Source: an uncultured euryarchaeote
GTDB taxonomy: Archaea > Thermoplasmatota > Poseidoniia > Poseidoniales > Poseidoniaceae
DNA: 40,800 nucleotides
Direction of reading: 5' to 3'
NCBI GenBank assembly: GCA_964014165.1
Contig: CAXGZM010000002.1
Location: 1 to 40,800, forward strand
Shown: positions 7,143-14,342 of the stretch, in pieces
Layout: every line of letters starts with the position of its first letter
How positions within the stretch are numbered: position 1 is the stretch's first letter
Position numbers and translations under genes: made by a program
Notes under the pieces: model-generated
What the model was told of the DNA's origin: nothing
Seen by the model: the letters and a program-made list of their open reading frames with translations, nothing else
Databases searched by the model: none

Positions 7143-9651
7143 CGTGCTCACCCCCTTGATGCTCGGGAAGAGGAGGCAACTGATCGAGCGGAATGAGAGC
7201 GGGAACAGGGTCGCCCATGCCGGGGGAATTCATGAGTTCAGTTTCCTTCTCATGGACCAGTTGCTCCAGAAGTTCTCTGCGTCGTTGCGCCCCCTTCACC
7301 AGCAAAGCGCCGAGAGCCCCCACAATGAAGCCAGCACCCATGACAGCGTAGGTCAACCAAGATGCAGCCGGGTCCTCGCCCATGATGGCGATGGCGGCCG
7401 CAAACTCACCGTAGGCGTCCGACCAACCGTCTCCGTTCTGGTCAGGGCACCCCTGAAGATCGCGCTCGGACGAACCGGATTCTTGCGGGCAGTCATCACG
7501 GAAGGCCCCCAACGGAAGGTCGCCAAAGCCGTCTTGATCGCTGTCCTTCCACTGCAACGCTTCGGTGGGGAAGGCGTCACCGCTGCCGAACGGATGGGCA
7601 GGCCACGATTCGGTTGGGTCCGACCATCCATCACCGTCGGTGTCGCGGCATCCGAGTCGATCGAGCAAAGAGGTGCCACGCATTTCCGGGCAAGCATCGC
7701 CCTGATGACCGTCCATTCGGTCCCCGTAGCCGTCGCCGTCGGAATCACGCCACTGGGTAGGTTCGTGAATGAAGGCGTCTCCCAAATCGGACCAACCATC
7801 ACCGTCGGTATCCTTGCAGCCCCAGCGGTCCCCGCCAGAGGAGGGTCCGACCGAAGTTCCCGCTATAGAAGGACAGACATCGGCTGTGGTTCCTCGGGGA
7901 TTGTCCCCGCGACCGTCGCCGTCACTGTCGTGCCATTGCGTCGGATCTTCGGGCCAAGCATCACCGGACCCGCCAGGGCTGGCCAGCCAGGTCGATGTCG
8001 GGTCGGACCATCCATCGCTGTCGGCGTCAGGGCAGCCCCATCGGTCGAAGGTGGAGGCGCCCTGTGTCGTACGGCAACCGTCCGGCCGATAGGAGGAACG
8101 CCATGTCTGACCGTCAAAGTACTCGAGGTTGTCACCGTAGCCGTCGTCATCCGTGTCGTGCCACTGTGAAGCGTCGTTTGGGAAAGCATCAGCAAACCCA
8201 CCCGGATGCGCTGTCCACAGGTCGGTCGGGTCGGAAAAACCGTCCTTGTCCACGTCCCTGCAGCCCAAACGATCGTAGCGACTGATCCAACCTGAATCCA
8301 CTTCCTCGGGCGTTGAAAGCATGCAGACATCGCCCTCAAAACCGGTCAAATTGTCACCGTAACCGTCGCCGTCCGAGTCCCTGTGTTGAGAGGGCACGAA
8401 GGGGAAATCGTCCACCTGCGTGGCGCCGTAGGTTTGGTTGTCACCCCAGCCGTCCTCGTCGGTATCACGCCACTGCGTCGGATTGTACGGGAAATCGTCA
8501 ATCCGCTGAGCACCCTCGGTTTGGTTGTCCCCCCATCCGTCTCGGTCCGTATCGAGCCATTGTGTCGGTTCAAGCGGGAAGGCGTCCGAGCCGTTGTCGA
8601 TGGTCCAGTTCTCATCCCCGTCGGAATAGCTGTCCATGTCCGAATCTACGCAACCGAAACGATCTGAGAAAGAAACGCCGCGGATGAACGGACAAGCATC
8701 GGGTTGCGTGGCGTTGTCGACGAACTGACCGATGTCCCACACCGAACGGGTGTCGTTGAGGGTGGGGTCGTCCCAGTTGTCGCCGTAGCCGTCCTCGTCG
8801 GTGTCGTTCCACTGTGATGCATCGTTTGCAAAAGCGTCGCCTTTCCCGACGGGGTGTGCAAACCATGCCTCGTAGCCGTTCAGGCCGCCAGGGTCAGGGT
8901 CGGAGTACGAATCGCCGTCGGTGTCCACGCAACCGAAACGGTCGGAGGAGGAGTAGCCACGACTGAATTGGCAGTGGTCGCCCTGGTAGCCATCGAGGTT
9001 GTCTCCGTACCCGTCGTTGTCGGAGTCCAGCCATTGTGAGGACTCGCTTGCAAAGGCATCTGCGCCATTCTGAACCCCCCATCCACTGTCCGGATCGGAC
9101 CATCCATCGCCGTCCGAGTCCGTGCAGCCTTTGCGGTCGTTGGTGGAGGCACCCACCAGGTTCGTGCAGTCGTCCTCGGTGTCCACGAACCCGTCTTCAT
9201 CGGAATCTCGGTTGGTCTTGTCAATGGACGGCGTGAGGGTGTAGTCAAACCCGTCGTTGCACCAGGAGTTTTTGCCTTCGACCTTGATGAGAATTTCACC
9301 CGCTGTCGAAAGGGTCGTCGAAAGGGTGGAGGTCGGCGATCCATCATCGACGTTTTGGGAGACGGAACCCATCGTGAACGTCCCCTCCCAACCGTCGCCG
9401 GGGCACCACCAGGCAGCATTGCTCATGCTTCCAGAGAAGGTGACCTGAACGATGTCGCCCATTTTTCCTTGGATTTTCCAGTAGTCGCGCTTGTCGTTTG
9501 GTGAGCATCCGTCGGGGTCGCAAACATAGCCGCTCGACGAGACTCCGTCGGTCAACCCGTTGGCGCTGGCGGGGTCGTCATCTGCGCTCACCAGTGGCAT
9601 GTGAAGCAGCGCGAGGCCGAGGACGAGCAAGAGAGCGACTCGACCGGCCAT
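7135..9651 (-). CDS. Secreted, C-terminally anchored thrombospondin-type-3-repeat protein (838 aa) with an N-terminal PPC-like beta domain
   Basis: Signal peptide MAGRVALLLVLGLALLHMPLVSA. A DYWKIQGKMGDIVQVTF...ILIKVEG segment resembles a pre-peptidase C-terminal domain. I counted 18 DxDxDG motifs by eye. C-terminal TM helix WLTYAVMGAGFIVGALGALLV followed by KGAQRRR. Confidence 0.85.
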   Translation of the reverse strand: MAGRVALLLVLGLALLHMPLVSADDDPASANGLTDGVSSSGYVCDPDGCSPNDKRDYWKIQGKMGDIVQVTFSGSMSNAAWWCPGDGWEGTFTMGSVSQNVDDGSPTSTLSTTLSTAGEILIKVEGKNSWCNDGFDYTLTPSIDKTNRDSDEDGFVDTEDDCTNLVGASTNDRKGCTDSDGDGWSDPDSGWGVQNGADAFASESSQWLDSDNDGYGDNLDGYQGDHCQFSRGYSSSDRFGCVDTDGDSYSDPDPGGLNGYEAWFAHPVGKGDAFANDASQWNDTDEDGYGDNWDDPTLNDTRSVWDIGQFVDNATQPDACPFIRGVSFSDRFGCVDSDMDSYSDGDENWTIDNGSDAFPLEPTQWLDTDRDGWGDNQTEGAQRIDDFPYNPTQWRDTDEDGWGDNQTYGATQVDDFPFVPSQHRDSDGDGYGDNLTGFEGDVCMLSTPEEVDSGWISRYDRLGCRDVDKDGFSDPTDLWTAHPGGFADAFPNDASQWHDTDDDGYGDNLEYFDGQTWRSSYRPDGCRTTQGASTFDRWGCPDADSDGWSDPTSTWLASPGGSGDAWPEDPTQWHDSDGDGRGDNPRGTTADVCPSIAGTSVGPSSGGDRWGCKDTDGDGWSDLGDAFIHEPTQWRDSDGDGYGDRMDGHQGDACPEMRGTSLLDRLGCRDTDGDGWSDPTESWPAHPFGSGDAFPTEALQWKDSDQDGFGDLPLGAFRDDCPQESGSSERDLQGCPDQNGDGWSDAYGEFAAAIAIMGEDPAASWLTYAVMGAGFIVGALGALLVKGAQRRRELLEQLVHEKETELMNSPGMGDPVPALIPLDQLPPLPEHQGGEHDA
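7417..9207 (-). repeat. Array of alternating thrombospondin-type-3-like half-repeats
   Basis: Units of the form R(F/L/W)GCxDxDxDGWSDP ... DAFPx(D/E)xxQWxDxDxDGYGDN alternate from about aa 149 to 745 of the 838-aa protein. Confidence 0.75.
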
Positions 9652-9672
9652 GCTGGGGCATGGGGGAACGGA

Positions 9673-9682
9673 TTATCAAAAG
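9673..9682 (-). promoter_or_regulatory. TATA-like element (CTTTTGATAA on the minus strand), 21 nt upstream of the ATG at 9651
   Basis: An A/T-rich 10-mer at the spacing expected for a leaderless archaeal mRNA. It immediately follows the hairpin at 9683..9697. Confidence 0.45.
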
Positions 9683-9697
9683 CACCCCTACGGGGTG
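9683..9697 (-). terminator. GC hairpin (CACCCC-GTA-GGGGTG on the minus strand) followed by CTTTTG. It is a possible terminator of the photolyase operon and/or an operator of the next gene.
   Basis: It starts 9 nt after the stop codon at 9709-9707 (CDS end 9707), has a 6-bp GC stem and 3-nt loop, and is followed by a T4 tract. The tract is short, so the terminator function is uncertain. Confidence 0.35.
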
Positions 9698-9706
9698 ACG
9701 GCGAAT

Positions 9707-11104
9707 TCAGGGGAGTTTTTGTTTGCCCAAGCACTGACGCAGGCACGGCTCCAACCGCTCATGGCGGAAGACATAGCCACTTTCCTGCAAGCGCTTTGGA
9801 AGGACCCGCTGACCGTCGAGCACCAGGGCTTGAGCCAGTTCACCAAACATCAATTTGAGCGCAAAACCGGGAGCAGGAGCGAAAGCAGGGCGCCGCAACA
9901 CCTTGCCCAAGACCTTGGCGTATTGCTTTTGGGTGACAGGTTCAGGGGCCGTCAGGTTGTAGACGCCTTCGCAGGAAGGCGTCATCATCAGATGGTACGT
10001 GGCGTAAATTTGGTCGTCCATGGAGATCCAGGAGTAGTACTGCCGGCCACCGCCTGCAGGCCCACCCGCACCCATCAGGGTGGGCAGCAAGAGCTTCTGC
10101 AGCGCGCCGCCCATGGGCGTGGTGACAATCCCGGTTCGCATCCAAACGGTTCGGATACCGGCGTCGCTCGCTCCAGCACCAGCAGCCTCCCAAGCAACGC
10201 ACGTCTTGGCCAGGAAATTGTCGCCTGCAGTCGATGCTTCGGTCAACTCCTCATCACCGCGGTTGCCGTAAAACCCGATAGCTGAACCGCAGAGGAAGGT
10301 CTTGGGCGGGTTGGAAAGGCCAGCAAACAGTTGGACGAGTTGCTTCGTTGGAACGGTGCGGCTGGATTCGATCAGCGCTTTTCGCTTGGCGTTCCATCGT
10401 TTATCCCCGATGCCGGCACCGGCGAGGTGAATCACGGTGTCGAACCCTTCCATGCTTCCTTCGAGCACCTCACCGGTCTGGTCGTTCCAAACCACGCGTG
10501 GTTGGTCGGCAGCGTCGGGTGGTATTGTGGTTGAAGGGCGCACGAGGCGAACCACCTCATGGCCAGCGGCTTGCAGGAACGCGCAGAGTTGCATCCCGAT
10601 GAGCCCGGTTGACCCGCTGACCAGCACGCGCTGAAGCGGTCGGTCTGCGTACATGGCGATGCGCTTGAGGTCCTCCTGCACGCGAACGGTCCGGTAAGCA
10701 AACATCTGGTTCATACGACCTTTGACGGTGAAAGGTGCGGTCCAGAAGGTCAACGGATGCAGCGGAAGTTTCCACTCAATCGTGTCGTGGATTTCACTGG
10801 TTTCGGCCCCCGTTGAGACAAATCGATGTTCGTGATCCCATTTGCCGAACGGACCTTTCTCCATCACGTCGTTGAACACTTCACCGGGAATCACGCCGTA
10901 GTGGCGGGCCACCCACATGGGGCGAAGCGGACCGAGGGACACGCGAAACCGGGTGGTGGCATCGTCAACCAGGCGGCCTGCCTCAAGGGGGCGGATGCCT
11001 TCCCATTCGGGCATAATGCGTCGAAACGCACCCGGGCTGTCGTACCAAGACCAGACCTGCTCCACCGGTGCATCGTACGTTGCGATGTGGGCATAGGTTG
11101 GCAT
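9707..11104 (-). CDS. SRPBCC (START/polyketide-cyclase-like) domain fused to a TIGR01777/SDR39U1-type atypical NAD(P)-binding epimerase with a DUF1731 C-terminus
   Basis: 465 aa. The N-terminal ~140 aa are SRPBCC-like. They are followed by the Rossmann motif VLVSGSTGLIGMQL and a C-terminus GQRVLPKRLQESGYVFRHERLEPCL, typical of DUF1731. Confidence 0.75.
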   Translation of the reverse strand: MPTYAHIATYDAPVEQVWSWYDSPGAFRRIMPEWEGIRPLEAGRLVDDATTRFRVSLGPLRPMWVARHYGVIPGEVFNDVMEKGPFGKWDHEHRFVSTGAETSEIHDTIEWKLPLHPLTFWTAPFTVKGRMNQMFAYRTVRVQEDLKRIAMYADRPLQRVLVSGSTGLIGMQLCAFLQAAGHEVVRLVRPSTTIPPDAADQPRVVWNDQTGEVLEGSMEGFDTVIHLAGAGIGDKRWNAKRKALIESSRTVPTKQLVQLFAGLSNPPKTFLCGSAIGFYGNRGDEELTEASTAGDNFLAKTCVAWEAAGAGASDAGIRTVWMRTGIVTTPMGGALQKLLLPTLMGAGGPAGGGRQYYSWISMDDQIYATYHLMMTPSCEGVYNLTAPEPVTQKQYAKVLGKVLRRPAFAPAPGFALKLMFGELAQALVLDGQRVLPKRLQESGYVFRHERLEPCLRQCLGKQKLP

Positions 11105-11113
11105 GACAGGTCC

Positions 11114-12658
11114 TCATTGGTGCGCTGAATAAAACGATGGCCCGGAGCCCAGAACCTTGGAGGAGTCATTGGGCGCCGTGTATTTTTCCACGTAGCCTTT
11201 GGTCTTGAATTTCCGAGCGGTGGACGCGCTGGTCATGCATCGCACTTTGCCGTACACCGCTCGCTCGGTCCATCCGCGGTCGAATTTGCCCATGACCCAC
11301 CCGATGCCGGTGTAGGAGTTCGGATCGCGTCCGTCAAGGGCCCATCGATCGTTCAGGGCAATCATCCAGTCCATGGCGGTTTGGGGGTCAGGGGACCATT
11401 CGAGAATTTTCTTGCCCCAGAGCATGCGGAGGTAGTTGTGGATGATGCCTTCCTGGCGGAGTTGGTGTTGTGCGGCGTTCCACAGCGGGTCATGGGTGTT
11501 CGCCGTTTCAAGTTCCTCAAACGTGTAGAGGTAAGGGCGGTCATCTCCCTCGTGCTCGGCGAGGGTCGTCTTGGCCCATTCGGGAAGCGAGTCGTATTCA
11601 GCATGGTTTTCCACCATGGCACAGTGGATGAAGCCGATGTCCCGCCACGTGATGATCTGGTCGAGGAAAGCCTCGACAGGTTCGGGCAGACCCCACCAGC
11701 CTTGTCGACGTCCGTCGTTGGGGGCGTTGACCATGCTGACGTCCCAACGGTGGTGCGTGAAGATGTCGTGAAGGATGGCGTGAACGCTGATGTGACCGTA
11801 ATGGAGCCACGGTGAGAGTCCACTGGCGCCTCGTTCCTGCGGTTCATTTCGCTTTTCGTGGTAGGTTTTCAGGCGCTCTGCAAAGAATTCCTTCCAGCGG
11901 CGGCGGCCTTCAACGTAGCCACCTTTCTTTCCTATGACGGGCTGCACGTCGTGGTCGATGGCGAGGCTGGACAAGGCCTCACGGCCAATGTCGCCTCCTT
12001 CAGAAACGCGCCAGAGGAACTCGTACGGTGTGATGGGTGTGTCGGTTTTGGCGAAAATGGACCGGACGACTTCGGGGTCCAGTTGAGGCAGGTCCGCAGC
12101 GGCATCCAGCGGTTGACGCTGAGGGAACTCGTGCATGTGTTCGCGGATGGTTTTGTGGAGGTGCCGACGGAGGGAGTACGCCGTTGAGAAATCGCGGCCT
12201 TGAGCTCGCATGGCCATGAAGCCGTTCGAGTCGACGACATGGATTTCGCACGGAATAACGGAAAGGGCGACGTTAAGAACGTGCTTCGGGTAGTACGTCG
12301 GGTAGTCATCGATGACGCAAGCGCGCGCACGATCGAGCCATCCTTTGAGAAGTCCGGAGGCTTGCCTCCGATTGGTCTCAACGTAAGGGATGTAGGTCAC
12401 GCCCGTGCCCTCAAATGCCGTACGGTTGTCCACCATGCCCTGCAAGACAAAGGTGGAAATGCGGTCGTTGGCCCAACGGTGCTGAAGCGCCAGGCATTCA
12501 ATGACAACGAGCGGAAGGTGGTGGTGCTTGGCGAGGTCGACAGCGTGTTGCAGCGCGTGATTCCATTGTGCGCGCCGAGCTGCTGTCATCCAGTACACGA
12601 TGACCTCGCCCTCGTCGTTGGGAACGCCGTGGATGTTCAGGCGGCTGCTCGGAATCAC
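11114..12658 (-). CDS. phr: Deoxyribodipyrimidine (CPD) photolyase, class II
   Basis: 514 aa with VIVYWMTAARRAQWNHAL near the N-terminus, plus IHNYLRMLWGKKILEWS and LDGRDPNSYTGIGWVMGKFDRGW. The only start upstream of the conserved N-terminus is the GTG at 12658, preceded by GAGGTG, in a GTGA overlap with the NUDIX stop. Confidence 0.9.
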   Translation of the reverse strand: MIPSSRLNIHGVPNDEGEVIVYWMTAARRAQWNHALQHAVDLAKHHHLPLVVIECLALQHRWANDRISTFVLQGMVDNRTAFEGTGVTYIPYVETNRRQASGLLKGWLDRARACVIDDYPTYYPKHVLNVALSVIPCEIHVVDSNGFMAMRAQGRDFSTAYSLRRHLHKTIREHMHEFPQRQPLDAAADLPQLDPEVVRSIFAKTDTPITPYEFLWRVSEGGDIGREALSSLAIDHDVQPVIGKKGGYVEGRRRWKEFFAERLKTYHEKRNEPQERGASGLSPWLHYGHISVHAILHDIFTHHRWDVSMVNAPNDGRRQGWWGLPEPVEAFLDQIITWRDIGFIHCAMVENHAEYDSLPEWAKTTLAEHEGDDRPYLYTFEELETANTHDPLWNAAQHQLRQEGIIHNYLRMLWGKKILEWSPDPQTAMDWMIALNDRWALDGRDPNSYTGIGWVMGKFDRGWTERAVYGKVRCMTSASTARKFKTKGYVEKYTAPNDSSKVLGSGPSFYSAHQ

Positions 12659-13158
12659 GACGACCCACCTCGGTGGAGTTGCTCGGTCTTGCTCGTGCGA
12701 TAGACAGCATACGGGTTGGAACGGGAGGTCAAGCCTGCGTGGTTGCGCATCAAACTTCGACGGGTTAAGCCGTCAACAGCAAGTTGGTGCATGGTTTCCG
12801 ATACCCATTCAAGGGAAGCAAAGTCGGCAAGGGAACACCATGCCGTGTTTGAGATCTCATTGCTCGTGTGGTGCTCAACGTCGGTGTTGACCTCAACGTC
12901 GTAGCACAGGAACACGGCGGGTTGACCTTTTCGCAAGGCCGTGCGAACACCAGCAAGACCCAAAACGGTCCCTTCGTGACCGGATTCTTCGCTGAGTTCC
13001 CTCAATGCAGCCGCTTCTGGACTTTCACCCGGATCGACCCTGCCTTTGGGGAAACCCCATTTCCCCTGGTGGGGGCCTGTGGCTTCTTGAACGAGGAGAA
13101 TGTTCTCTCCACGGATGACCCTTGCGGCCACGCCCAAATCACAAAGCAGGCTGACCAT
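12655..13158 (-). CDS. NUDIX hydrolase
   Basis: 167 aa. Complete Nudix box GRVDPGESPEAAALRELSEESG (Gx5Ex7REUxEExG). Confidence 0.85.
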   Translation of the reverse strand: MVSLLCDLGVAARVIRGENILLVQEATGPHQGKWGFPKGRVDPGESPEAAALRELSEESGHEGTVLGLAGVRTALRKGQPAVFLCYDVEVNTDVEHHTSNEISNTAWCSLADFASLEWVSETMHQLAVDGLTRRSLMRNHAGLTSRSNPYAVYRTSKTEQLHRGGSS

Positions 13159-13180
13159 TGCTCCATATCTCTGAGAAGGA

Positions 13181-13190
13181 GTATATCAAA
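13181..13190 (-). promoter_or_regulatory. Archaeal TATA box (TTTGATATAC on the minus strand), 22 nt upstream of the NUDIX ATG at 13158
   Basis: A/T-rich element in the 96-bp divergent spacer. The spacing implies a leaderless transcript. Confidence 0.55.
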
Positions 13191-13224
13191 CGCAGTTTGG
13201 ACCCTTGTAAGAAAAAGACGAGTG

Positions 13225-13234
13225 TTTATATACA
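13225..13234 (+). promoter_or_regulatory. Archaeal TATA box (TTTATATACA), 20 nt upstream of the ribA ATG at 13255
   Basis: Near-consensus TTTATATA preceded by a purine-rich BRE-like stretch (AAAAAGACGAG). The spacing implies a leaderless transcript. Confidence 0.6.
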
Positions 13235-13254
13235 AACTCGGTGGATTTTGTAAC

Positions 13255-13869
13255 ATGGAATCCGCTCGCATTAGGCCAAAACAAGCTACACCCGAAGCGG
13301 ACGCTCTTCTCCCAACTGAATTTGGGGACTTCCGCATACGTGCCTTCCGTGATCCGGCCGACGGGAAGGAACATGCCGTCCTGTACGTCGGCGACCTCAC
13401 GAGCGGCTCGCCATTGGTTCGCGTCCACTCCGAATGCCTCACAGGTGATGCCTTTCACTCACTACGCTGTGATTGCGGTCCACAACTTCACGCCTCAATG
13501 AAAGCCATCCAGGAGCGCGGCCACGGCGCCATTGCCTACATGCGTCAAGAAGGCCGCGGTATCGGCCTCTACTCAAAGATGCAAGCTTACGCTTTGCAAG
13601 ACACCGGCCTCGACACCCTTGATGCCAACCTCGCCCTTGGCCTGCCAGGCGATGCCCGAAAGTACGACTTCGCAGCAGAAATGCTGTACAGCATGGGCAT
13701 CACCTCCATCGAACTGGTGACCAACAACCCCGACAAGCGCAGTCAGCTCCTCCAACACGGCATCAACGTGGTCAATCGCGTGCCAATCATCGTTGGACAG
13801 TGCGCCCAAAACAAGGCATACATGGATACCAAGAGCGCAAGGATGGGGCACTTGCTCCCAACTGAGTGA
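13255..13869 (+). CDS. ribA: GTP cyclohydrolase II (bacterial RibA type)
   Basis: VRVHSECLTGDAFHSLRCDCGPQL and YMRQEGRGIGLYSKMQAYALQDTGLDTLDANLALG match the RibA signature. The track ORF (12868..) is over-extended across the antisense NUDIX gene and the promoter. The ATG at 13255 is in frame. Confidence 0.9.
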   Translation: MESARIRPKQATPEADALLPTEFGDFRIRAFRDPADGKEHAVLYVGDLTSGSPLVRVHSECLTGDAFHSLRCDCGPQLHASMKAIQERGHGAIAYMRQEGRGIGLYSKMQAYALQDTGLDTLDANLALGLPGDARKYDFAAEMLYSMGITSIELVTNNPDKRSQLLQHGINVVNRVPIIVGQCAQNKAYMDTKSARMGHLLPTE

Positions 13870-13874
13870 TCACC

Positions 13875-14342
13875 ATGCGCACCAACATCGTCGGACAGGA
13901 AGCCCCTCGCTTCACACTGGAGAACGAGCACGGCGAACCGTACGACAGCGCCGCTCTCGATGGCACCTGGCGGATTATTTTCTTCTATTCACGAAACAAC
14001 TCCCCGACCTGCAAGCGCGGCTGCTTGACGTTCAAGGAACAACACGACCTGTTCGCCTCAGTGGGTTGCTCAATCGTCGGCATCGGACCAGGAACCGTCG
14101 AAGAACTGGCGGGTTTCAAGAACAACATCGGCGATCTTCCCTTCCCGCTCCTCGCCGACCCCGATCGCATTGTCGGCAAGATGTTCAACGTCCCTCTCCA
14201 CCTCGGCCAATTCCCTTCAAAATCCTCCTTCCTCGTTGGCCCCGACAACACCATCAAGTACGTTTACGACTGGTTGTTCCGGCCTCGCCGGCACGTCGCC
14301 AAAATCCTGGCCGACATCTCCCAAGTCCGGGGTGACGGCTGA
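13875..14342 (+). CDS. bcp: Peroxiredoxin, Bcp/PrxQ-like (AhpC/TSA family)
   Basis: GQEAPRFTL...IIFFYSRNNSPTCKRGC...FPLLADPD. The start is the ATG at 13875, or the GTG at 13866 overlapping the ribA stop. Confidence 0.75.
   Translation: MRTNIVGQEAPRFTLENEHGEPYDSAALDGTWRIIFFYSRNNSPTCKRGCLTFKEQHDLFASVGCSIVGIGPGTVEELAGFKNNIGDLPFPLLADPDRIVGKMFNVPLHLGQFPSKSSFLVGPDNTIKYVYDWLFRPRRHVAKILADISQVRGDG

Noticed and set aside
12868-13254. N-terminal extensions of track ORFs: 12868..13254 for ribA, 35844..36308 for the 1030-aa protein, 28177..28302 for the giant protein, 28109..28276 for RAM1, 30973..31029 for uvrC, 38463..38543 for the peptidase, 22481..22567 for GT4.
   Set aside because: The extensions run across promoters or across the opposite-strand gene. 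They start at alternative codons and precede obvious native N-termini (signal peptides, conserved family N-termini). The internal ATGs restore the TATA-to-ATG spacing seen elsewhere.
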